Below, one piece after another: positions 28,028-36,027 of a stretch of DNA of 64,000 nt. Under the pieces are notes generated by a model. That model was not told the DNA's origin and did not search any database. It saw only the letters and a program-made list of their open reading frames with translations. The position numbers and the translations under genes were made by a program. The DNA is from Bdellovibrionales bacterium (GTDB taxonomy: Bacteria > Bdellovibrionota > Bdellovibrionia > Bdellovibrionales > JAGQZY01), in contig CBDCNX010000002.1 in assembly GCA_965219545.1 (NCBI GenBank), positions 20,761 through 84,760 of the forward strand, written 5' to 3'. Each line of letters starts with the position of its first letter. Positions within the stretch are counted from its first letter, which is position 1.

Positions 28028-28233
28028 ATGGATAAAAAAAAATAGAAGCCAATTTGGATAAGCAAACCAAAGAATTGATGGAAATTTCAAGAGAAGTATT
28101 GGATGTTTCCCTTAAACTGAACAAGAAGAATCAGAAACTGGAAAAGCCCGGAACCCCTTACGAAGAAGCAGTAAAAATGAATCCGTATGTGTCAAAATAC
28201 AACACTATTTCTTATTCCTATTATCAATCCTAA
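28028..28233 (+). pseudogene. small coiled-coil ORF interrupted after 5 codons by an A9 tract
   Basis: ATG GAT AAA AAA AAA TAG. With A10 the frame reads on for about 68 codons (..IEANLDKQTKELMEISREVL...YYQS*) to 28233. Confidence 0.35.
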
Positions 28234-28245
28234 AAAAATATCAAA

Positions 28246-29221
28246 ATGTCAGAAAGAAACCAAAGAAATAAGCCTGAAAAGCTGAATCTACCTGAAATTG
28301 AAAAAAACAATCTTCAAAGAAAAAAAATCCAAAAACATTTACCACAAATGCCTTTTAGACTTCAACTCCAACAGATGAAGGCAGATGCTGAAAATCAGAT
28401 CTTTCAAAGATTACTTGCAGCCAGAAAGAATTTTATAACAGATTGAAGAAATCAGATCTTCTAAAGTAATTGTTTATTATTCTTTGAAAATTCTCGAACC
28501 TACAGATTTTGAAATCATATTTGAATGTGTGGATCCACTGGGAAAACAGAAAAATCTGGACTTGTATATTTTAAGCCAAGGAGGTTTAGCAGGTCCTGCA
28601 TATAAAATTGCACGCCTTTTTCAAAATTATAGCAAAGACAAATTTTCTGTCTTAATTCCTTATTATGCTAAAAGTGCAGCAACTATATTATCTTTAGGTG
28701 CTGACGAAATTATTATGGGACCACCATCTGAATTGGGTCCTATTGATCCTCAATTCATGAATCCTAATTCTCCACCTGTATCAGCTTTAACTATTAAAGA
28801 AGCTTTAGATTATATTACCAAAGCGGTAAAAGAAGATCCAAAAATGGCTCCAGTCTATGTTCCTCTTTTGAATAAAATGGATTTGATAACGTTTGGTCAT
28901 TTTGAAAGAGAAATAGAAAGTGCGAAGCAATATGGGGAAGAGCTTTTAATTTCAAAAAAAATAAATCCATTGACAAAAATAAAAGCCAAAGAGGTAGCTA
29001 ACAGTTTTACTAAGCAATATAAAACCCATGGTTTTGTGATTGATGGAAAATCGGCAATTTCTTTGTTGGGGAATAATACTGTTAAATTACTTAACTCAGA
29101 TGAAACAACATGGAAATGTATGTGGCAGTTACATAATACTTATCAACAATATATGCAAAATAAGAAACGGGTTGTTAAAATTATTGAAACATTAAATGAA
29201 ACCTATGAAATAGAAACTTAA
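28246..29221 (+). pseudogene. ClpP-fold serine proteinase of the SDH (serine dehydrogenase proteinase)-like family, apparent frameshift near 28436-28446
   Basis: LDLYILSQGG....A.KIARLF......VLIPYYAKSAATILSLGADEIIMGPPSELGPIDPQ. The family-typical N-terminus continues upstream in the same frame (QIEEIRSSKVIVYYS) only to a stop at 28436. ORF 28246..28446 supplies a start in another frame. Confidence 0.6.
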
Positions 29222-29230
29222 AAGATAAAA

Positions 29231-29629
29231 ATGAACGAACCAAAAGAAAAAAAAGAATCTATAGAACCTATACTTCAATATGCTATCCTGTGTGATGCAA
29301 CAGCTAAAGATCAATCTGGAAAACCAGTTTACATTGGAGCATTCGATAGGCTCACTAAGCCTATAATATTACCACAATTTGTTGTTGTATTAAAATGGAT
29401 ATGTGGCGTAGGTTCTCATAACTTCAAATTTAAAATATATGATCCTGATCTCGGAGTATTACGAACATTTGATGAGTTCAAAATGGAATTTAAAAGAAAA
29501 ACAGATATAGTCAATCTTGAGTATCCAATCATGAATTTTCATTTTGAAAAAGTTGGGGTTTATTGGATAGAGATTATTTTAAACAACGAAAGTTATCTAT
29601 CCATACCTTTGCCCGTTCATCAACAATAA
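29231..29629 (+). CDS. hypothetical small protein, operonic with the proteinase
   Basis: Starts 9 nt after the proteinase stop. 132 aa, beta-rich composition. No family recognised with confidence. Confidence 0.5.
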   Translation: MNEPKEKKESIEPILQYAILCDATAKDQSGKPVYIGAFDRLTKPIILPQFVVVLKWICGVGSHNFKFKIYDPDLGVLRTFDEFKMEFKRKTDIVNLEYPIMNFHFEKVGVYWIEIILNNESYLSIPLPVHQQ

Positions 29630-29670
29630 CAAACTTTTCATTTCTATCTAAAAGATCAAGTCATCCAAAA

Positions 29671-29815
29671 GTCACCCAACTTTGAAATTTGCTGAAAAAT
29701 CCAGAAATAAGAAGCCCTGCGTTACCTTCTCGCTTGTGTGTTATTAAATACTTACAAACTTTGGTTTTTTTAAAACTTTCTTCCCAATGACTTAGTACAA
29801 TTTCAGGATCGACTA
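29671..29815 (-). repeat. long MITE-like element (family R3), copy B
   Basis: The reverse complement aligns with 13576..13698. One end is TTTCAGGATCGACTA. The other end, GTCACCCAACTTTGAAATT, resembles the IS66 terminal repeat GTAACCCCAACTTT. Confidence 0.65.
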
Positions 29816-29889
29816 AAAAGTCCTAAAATTCGTAACCCCAACTTTTGCACGACCTTTTATTTATTTTATTTATTTGCTATTCGGAGTTC

Positions 29890-30216
29890 ATGAAAGTTGA
29901 AGAACTAAAAGAGTTAAGTGATAGGATTCGTTCTGAGTTTAGAGACCGTCCCCGTATTCCCTGGCCAAGAAGTTTTAAACAAATCGTTGTTAAAGAGCTT
30001 TCCAATGGGAAGAATGTCCAGGATCTTAGCAAAGCCACGGGGATCAACGACCAGGTGATCAGAAACTGGCAAAGAAAAACCCAAAAAAAGCAAGAAACAA
30101 AGAAACCCATTCAAACAAATCACAGTCAACCCACTTTTCCGGTCCTCCTCCCCCCTCACCCTGATCTCAAGAACAGGTTTTCAAATCAAAGGGCTTTGTT
30201 TCCCACAGCTCTGTGA
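29890..30216 (+). CDS. tnpA: IS66 accessory protein TnpA (C-terminus frameshifted relative to copy 2)
   Basis: MKVEELKELS...ATGINDQVIRNWQRK is identical to copy 2 up to about aa 65. The tail then differs in frame. Confidence 0.7.
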   Translation: MKVEELKELSDRIRSEFRDRPRIPWPRSFKQIVVKELSNGKNVQDLSKATGINDQVIRNWQRKTQKKQETKKPIQTNHSQPTFPVLLPPHPDLKNRFSNQRALFPTAL

Positions 30217-30237
30217 ACTTCTCAAAAAAGGTCTGCT

Positions 30238-30612
30238 GTGAAGTTCCCGGATTCCACCAGAGTCTATGTCTACCAAAACCCCATTGATATGCGATGGGCT
30301 TTTGAACGTCTGAGTTATCTGGTTACTCAACAAATGGGCCACTGTCTTGATGTCGGGGACTTGTTTTTGTTTCTTGGCAACAACAGGAGAAGGTTGAAAG
30401 TTTTGCGTTTTGATGGTTCGGGTCTTGTTTTATTTACAAAGCGAATGGAGAAGAAAAGAGGGTTTATGAATGTGATGGAATTGGATGGAAGAGTTGAGAT
30501 CAGTCATTGGGAGCTTGAGTTATTGCTGCATGGTTCAGTCTTGAAAAAGTATTTGCCAGAGGGAAGAAGAGTGTTTGACAATAATAACTATGGAGCTACC
30601 CAGAATTGTTAA
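30238..30612 (+). CDS. tnpB: IS66 TnpB
   Basis: VY....P.DMR..F..L..LV...........GDLF.F.......LKVL..DG.G..L..KR.E. GTG start. Confidence 0.85.
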   Translation: MKFPDSTRVYVYQNPIDMRWAFERLSYLVTQQMGHCLDVGDLFLFLGNNRRRLKVLRFDGSGLVLFTKRMEKKRGFMNVMELDGRVEISHWELELLLHGSVLKKYLPEGRRVFDNNNYGATQNC

Positions 30613-32152
30613 ACAGGAAAACGACCCTGAAGTTTTGAAGGCTTTTTTTTCATATATTTTCAACGATATTGTCAATGATAATGAAAGATTAAGAAAACAT
30701 ATCAATACTCTTCTCAAGGAAAGGGCCAGGGAATCCCAAAGGACCTTTGATTTTGAGGATGAGCTTTCAGTGTTACGCAAGAGGATGTTTGGGAAGAGTT
30801 CAGAGAAGAGGGGAAATTCCAGTCGTTTGAGGGATTATTCAAAAAAGCCCCTTTCAGTGCATGCTACAAGTCTGGTTCCCGGTCCTGATGAAAAGGAAAT
30901 GGAAAGTCTTTTGGAGATCAAAGTGGATCATGAGTTGAGCCCTGAGAGACTCTCAGAGATTGCCGTAGAGTATGGTTATTCAAAAGATGCCCAGTGGGAG
31001 TGTTTAACCAATTTTTACGATGAATCAGAGGAGATTGACATTCGAGTTGAGAGTTATGTGAGAAAGAGGCACCGTCGTTTCAAGTACCGTTTGAAAGACT
31101 CAAGGAGAACAGAGAAAGAGGTGATAGTGACAGCCCCCGGAGCTTTAAAGATCATGCCCGGGGCGAAGTATTCCATAGACTTTTCAGTGGATGTGGTGAT
31201 GAAGAAGTATTTGTACCACCTTCCCCTGGAGAGGATTCGCAGAGTGATGGAATCAGGGGGATTGAGGGTGGCCACGAAGACCTTGTATGGTCTTTGTTTT
31301 TTTGTTCACTGTTATTTGGAGGATATGGCGGAGAGGATCAGGGGTGAGATATTGTCCTGTGGTTTGTGTGTTCATTTGGATGAGACTTCCTGGCCGATAG
31401 GTAACAGTAAGCAGAGTGATGGTTATTTGTGGGTTTTGAGTAACCAGGGGGGGAGTTATTACCGATTTGAGCCGACAAGGAGCGGAAAAATAGCCAAAGA
31501 GTTGTTGGGCCCTTATGGGGGCCCGGTGGTTGTTGATGGTTACAGTGGTTACAAGTCGGGCTTGAGGGAGAGTTATGGTGTGGATTTGGCTTTTTGCTGG
31601 TCTCATGTGAGGCGTAAGTTTACGGACATAGAGGGGAATTATCCAGGGCCTTGTGGAGAGATATTGGACAGAATAGGGAGGCTTTTTGAAATTGAGAGGA
31701 GGGCCTCAAATTATGAGTTTTTAAGGAAGTTGAGAAAAGAGGAATCAGGAGAATTAACGAAACAGATCAGGGATTGGTTGTTTGAGAAGAAGCCTGAGGC
31801 CCGTAGTGAGAGTCATTTATTAAAGGCGATCAATTACACATTGAATCACTGGGAGGGGTTAACGCTTTTTTTAAAAGATGTTCGTGTTCCGTTGAGCAAT
31901 AACGAGGCGGAGCGAACGATCAGGCATTCGGTGATGGGGAGGAAGAACTTTTATGGGTCCAGGACCATTAACGGAGCAGATGTGATGTCTGTGCTTTACA
32001 CGGTCATAGAGTCCTGTAAAAAGGTGGAGCTTGATCCCAGGTCTTACATTCAGATGGTTGTCAGAAAGAAAATAGAAGGGGAAAAAATACAAAATATCCC
32101 CACTCCTCTAAAATACGCTAAACAGATCAGAAAAAAAAGCAAGACCGCCTGA
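30575..32152 (+). CDS. tnpC: IS66-family DDE transposase TnpC
   Basis: Leucine-zipper-like N-terminus, LRKRMFGKSSEK, HLDETSWP, VDGYSGY, AFCWSHVRRKF, NNEAERTIR. Confidence 0.9.
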   Translation: MTIITMELPRIVKQENDPEVLKAFFSYIFNDIVNDNERLRKHINTLLKERARESQRTFDFEDELSVLRKRMFGKSSEKRGNSSRLRDYSKKPLSVHATSLVPGPDEKEMESLLEIKVDHELSPERLSEIAVEYGYSKDAQWECLTNFYDESEEIDIRVESYVRKRHRRFKYRLKDSRRTEKEVIVTAPGALKIMPGAKYSIDFSVDVVMKKYLYHLPLERIRRVMESGGLRVATKTLYGLCFFVHCYLEDMAERIRGEILSCGLCVHLDETSWPIGNSKQSDGYLWVLSNQGGSYYRFEPTRSGKIAKELLGPYGGPVVVDGYSGYKSGLRESYGVDLAFCWSHVRRKFTDIEGNYPGPCGEILDRIGRLFEIERRASNYEFLRKLRKEESGELTKQIRDWLFEKKPEARSESHLLKAINYTLNHWEGLTLFLKDVRVPLSNNEAERTIRHSVMGRKNFYGSRTINGADVMSVLYTVIESCKKVELDPRSYIQMVVRKKIEGEKIQNIPTPLKYAKQIRKKSKTA

Positions 32153-32193
32153 AAGTTGGGGTTACTAAAATTCAGGATTTCTCTGCACCCTAA

Positions 32194-33189
32194 CTATTGA
32201 CAGACAAAATAGAAAAGGCAATCGGAAGCGGCAATGTCCACCCGGGTGGTTGCCATGAAAAGAGTCATGGGGGTTTTTGGATAAAGTCTTCCCTGTCTTA
32301 TGGAAAAATACTCACTGACATTTTGTTTTTGATCGGCACTTCTCACCCGAAGAACAGAGGATTTTTCCGAATCCATCCATCCCAGAAATTCATTGGTTCC
32401 TATGGCGACAGAGTTCAAAGACTCAATGTCACTCCTTATGGTAATATCCTTACCATTCAGGGGACTCTCATCATGACCCACCTGACTTTGAGCAACCAGT
32501 TCCAGACGCAGGGGGTTTTGAAAAATTGACATTTTCCCTGAATCTTCAAATAAATTTTTCTTGAGAAAGTATTTTTCAATCCCCTCCATAGCCACATCAA
32601 AAGATTTTGGATCTTTACTGCCACCCACTTCAACCGTGATAACAGGACATTTGAAGTTTTGCTCCATAAGAGATCCCATTTGCAACTCAGAGACAATCAA
32701 CATATCCACAAAAACCCCCGCCAATATCCGTTTTTCAGAACTGTGACCATAGGAGATGGCAAAAGAGGAGCTAAAACCGGAAGTGTTATGCATATCAACC
32801 ACCGATTCAGAATGATTTTCATGAATACATTTCAGCATGGCCCGGGCCAAACGACCCTGGGAATCATTATAAGGGGGATTGAAACAACGATTGAGATCCC
32901 TCTTGCCCGGAATATAACGGTGAAAAAAAAGAGGCTCCGTTAAAGCCGCTTCAACACCTCCAAGAATTATCACAATATTGACAAGTGGTTTTTTTCCCCT
33001 CCTGAGCCACTGATGAACCGCTCTGAACCCGGAAGACTCATTACCGTGAGAAAGAGTGACAAGAACACGGGTTCTGGATTCATCCTCCCCTGACAGATGA
33101 ATAACTGCTGGCCCCTTCAGATTCCTTAAAAAATCCCTATGGTCAAAGGCAATATCTTCCGGCTTTGGAGTTTTTAAAAAAGTCAACAC
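32194..33189 (-). CDS. succinylglutamate desuccinylase/aspartoacylase (AstE/AspA, M14-like) family protein
   Basis: LSHGNESSG, GKRDLNRCF, VVDMHNTSG. A GTG start at 33189 overlaps the stop of the upstream ligase gene; the track start at 33270 would overlap it by 88 nt. Confidence 0.7.
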   Translation of the reverse strand: MLTFLKTPKPEDIAFDHRDFLRNLKGPAVIHLSGEDESRTRVLVTLSHGNESSGFRAVHQWLRRGKKPLVNIVIILGGVEAALTEPLFFHRYIPGKRDLNRCFNPPYNDSQGRLARAMLKCIHENHSESVVDMHNTSGFSSSFAISYGHSSEKRILAGVFVDMLIVSELQMGSLMEQNFKCPVITVEVGGSKDPKSFDVAMEGIEKYFLKKNLFEDSGKMSIFQNPLRLELVAQSQVGHDESPLNGKDITIRSDIESLNSVAIGTNEFLGWMDSEKSSVLRVRSADQKQNVSEYFSIRQGRLYPKTPMTLFMATTRVDIAASDCLFYFVCQ

Positions 33190-34640
33190 CAGGAAACCAC
33201 CGGCTGATCTGTCATTATATTGTTTTGATAATCCCCCAACATACGGTAACAGGATTCTTCCACTGAACACTTTTGACGATAATGTTCAAAACAATGGATC
33301 TGCCAACGGGATCCGGTGATTTGTTTTTCAAAACGCTGTTCAATAATTTTCCAAAGTCTGTCAATATCTTTTTTATCCGATTCCAATTGTTTTAAACCCT
33401 CACGGGCTATGGGGAAAAACTCCTCAATAATATCAAGGATGGATCTCTCCTCCAGACATCCCCTTTCCCTGTTGGGCCAGACGAGTTTTGCCTCCAGACC
33501 CTGTTGGGCTCCACGGTAAAAATTATAATCGACAAAACGAAACGGAAGCCTGGCCGTGTAATAATCCATAACATCGGCAAGACCAAGAGTCAGCCCAATG
33601 GCAAAAACCCCGTTAGCCAGCATATCAAGAACAGTGGGACCTGCGGGAAGGCTGCGAAATTCAATCCTCAAATGCCCATCATCCCCCGGAGCGTAAACAG
33701 CCCGATTCCAGGACCAGACAGTTCCATGATGCAAACGCAATTCGGGAAGGGATGAAGAATCCGTTTCATCGTAAAGGACAGGAATCAGGGGTTCATAGAG
33801 AGCCACGTTTTCAGCAAACAATTCCCAGGCTTCTTTTCTGACCCAACCCTGTCCAAACGAAACCCGGGCCGGTTGTCTCCAATGCAGGTCCCCATGGTCC
33901 CGAAAATCAATACTCTGTTTAAAAAGGGCAATGCGGGATTCCTGCCAAAGTCGATGTCCAATGACCAGGGGGGAGTTGGCGGACAGGGCTAAAAGCAGAG
34001 GGGCTGTCAACTGAACCCCATTAAAATAATCGGCAAAGCGGTCTGCGGGAATCCGAAGATGCACCTGAAAGGACGTGTTGGCCCCTTCCACTGAAATCCC
34101 CCTGCCTTCAAGAACCAGAGGATCTTTCCCGTCAATATTAATCCTGTAGTTTTTATGACTTTCACCGCAGAGTCCCTTTTTCAAAGCGTGATAGCGAGCC
34201 TGGTTGGTCATAAACTTTTCGGTCAAATGACATTTTTTGAGAGTGGGAAGAATTCCAATGGGAATAACACGGGCTCCAAAATCCATGGCATATTTTTTAA
34301 GTTCATCCAGAAGATGACGCATTTCTTTTTCCATAAGGGCAAAAGGGGAAGTTCCTTTGGAATTTACAGGATTCAGATTGAGTTCCAGATTGTAACGATT
34401 GATCTCCGGAGTGAAACAGGGATTATTTGCAAGTTCAAGGATTTGCTCATTAACACAGGCCGGTTCATATTTATCATCAACAAGGTACACTTCAAGCTCT
34501 GCTCCGAGACTGAAAAATCTGGAATTAAATGAAGGTTTTTTGATTTGCTCCCTCAATTGTTCCAACTGGTCATTCAGACGTTTGGAAAACTTCTGACAGT
34601 TATCAGTGGTAAAATTTTTTAACTCAAGAGATTGACCCAT
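33183..34640 (-). CDS. GCS2-type carboxylate-amine ligase (glutamate-cysteine ligase family 2)
   Basis: LGAELEVYLVD, NLELNLNP, SFQVHL, LLALSANSP. General GCS2 layout. Confidence 0.6.
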   Translation of the reverse strand: MGQSLELKNFTTDNCQKFSKRLNDQLEQLREQIKKPSFNSRFFSLGAELEVYLVDDKYEPACVNEQILELANNPCFTPEINRYNLELNLNPVNSKGTSPFALMEKEMRHLLDELKKYAMDFGARVIPIGILPTLKKCHLTEKFMTNQARYHALKKGLCGESHKNYRINIDGKDPLVLEGRGISVEGANTSFQVHLRIPADRFADYFNGVQLTAPLLLALSANSPLVIGHRLWQESRIALFKQSIDFRDHGDLHWRQPARVSFGQGWVRKEAWELFAENVALYEPLIPVLYDETDSSSLPELRLHHGTVWSWNRAVYAPGDDGHLRIEFRSLPAGPTVLDMLANGVFAIGLTLGLADVMDYYTARLPFRFVDYNFYRGAQQGLEAKLVWPNRERGCLEERSILDIIEEFFPIAREGLKQLESDKKDIDRLWKIIEQRFEKQITGSRWQIHCFEHYRQKCSVEESCYRMLGDYQNNIMTDQPVVSWC

Positions 34641-34673
34641 TGTCTTTCCTTTTTATCACTTCATATATACTCA

Positions 34674-34742
34674 TATATACCTGTCCTGTTTGAATTTTCG
34701 GTTTCTCTTGAAACAGCCAAAAATTCAAACACGATCAGTATA
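34674..34742. repeat. R1 repeat copy
   Basis: TATATACCTGTCCTGTTTGAATTTTCGG...CCAAAAATTCAAACACGATCAGTATA. Confidence 0.75.
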
Positions 34743-34783
34743 GATTATTTGTTTTTATCAGAACTCATAACACCAACTCAAGA

Positions 34784-35506
34784 CTAAAGTGATATCCCAC
34801 CATCAATGTTGATAACAGCTCCGGTGATCCACTGGGAATCCTCTTTACAAAGCTGCTCGGCCATAAAAGCGATATCCTCGGGGCGACCTGTCCGCCCCAG
34901 GGGCTGGGCTTTTTGTAATTGTCTGTAAAGGGACTGATCTTCTGGCCCTTCATCCCCAAAGTAAGAATGGATGGGGGTGTCCACAATCCCCGGACAAATG
35001 ACATTGGCGTTAATCCCATGGAGGGCTCCTTCAAGGGCCAGACTCAGTGTCCAGTTATTCATGGCCGCTTTAAGAGCCGAATAAGCGGCGGCTTCAGGAA
35101 TGGGTTTAACGGCCAGAGTGGATGAAATATTGACAATGGAGCCTTTACTTTCCTTAAGCCGGGGCCAAAGCAAACGGGTCAGACGAACAGAGCCCATAAG
35201 GTTACTGTTATAGTGAATGTCCCATACTTTATCCTCATCCTCTTCCAGGGAACAGGGATGATAAACACCCGCATTATTCACCAGGGCATGAAGAGGTGAT
35301 AAAATCCGGTCTTTTAAATTTTTTATGGCCTGCGGGTCTGTGAGATCACAGACAAGAACCTGTGTGTTTTTGAATTCTTCATTGATTTTTTCAAGCTTGT
35401 CCTGCCGACGGGCCAGCATAAGAACCTGCCAACCCTTTTTGGAAAAAACCTGAACCATTGTTTTGCCAATACCGGAACTGGCTCCACTGATAAGAACTCT
35501 TTTCAT
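34784..35506 (-). CDS. short-chain dehydrogenase/reductase (SDR)
   Basis: ISGASSGIGK, NNAG, YSALKAA (YxxxK). Confidence 0.85.
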   Translation of the reverse strand: MKRVLISGASSGIGKTMVQVFSKKGWQVLMLARRQDKLEKINEEFKNTQVLVCDLTDPQAIKNLKDRILSPLHALVNNAGVYHPCSLEEDEDKVWDIHYNSNLMGSVRLTRLLWPRLKESKGSIVNISSTLAVKPIPEAAAYSALKAAMNNWTLSLALEGALHGINANVICPGIVDTPIHSYFGDEGPEDQSLYRQLQKAQPLGRTGRPEDIAFMAEQLCKEDSQWITGAVINIDGGISL

Positions 35507-35812
35507 TTTAAAACCCCTTTTCCTAATGAAATACCGATCCTATCGAATTTTTTCAAGGTGGCCTACTTAACTGTGCCTGATTCCCAGTTCATTTTGAAAT
35601 GTTTATTTTTATTATGAAATTTTTACAATCCAATTGTATTTTTTTCAAAAAAACAAAACCATGAAAAGCAGAGGATGAAGTCGAACAACGGATACAACCA
35701 TACCGGGACAAACCAGAGCCAATGTGTGAGTATTTTTGATACATGAGTTGAATTCTCAAACCAAATACAAACCCAAACCGAAATAAACCTGAGTGATTGC
35801 GGTAAAATAAAA

Positions 35813-35879
35813 TATACTGAGTTTTGTTTGAATTTTCCGGTTTCCTGATAAAGTCAATAGCTTTAAAGAGTGTATTATA
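35813..35879. repeat. degenerate R1 copy
   Basis: TATACTGAGTTTTGTTTGAATTTTCCGGTTTCC... Confidence 0.5.
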
Positions 35880-36027
35880 CATACAAATTACTGAAATCAT
35901 TTATCTTTTTGATATAAAAACTCAGATAAAACTTAACTTCTTATCAGGTACTCCTACAAACTCCCTTGTTTTTCTTTCCCCACTCAGGTAGTAGAATCAA
36001 CAAATCACTTTCACAGAGGAGAAAAAT

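Larger units (their letters stand above)
29832..32165 (+). mobile_element. IS66-family insertion sequence, copy 1
   Basis: Termini GTAACCCCAACTTT / AAAGTTGGGGTTAC. 8-bp duplication TAAAATTC at 29824-29831 and 32166-32173. tnpA-tnpB-tnpC organisation. Confidence 0.9.

Noticed and set aside
35520-36027. ORFs 35589..35900 and 35997..36179 in the spacer upstream of the S41 pair
   Set aside because: The region is AT-rich, contains a degenerate R1 copy, and the ORFs have no motifs. It is treated as noncoding/promoter region.
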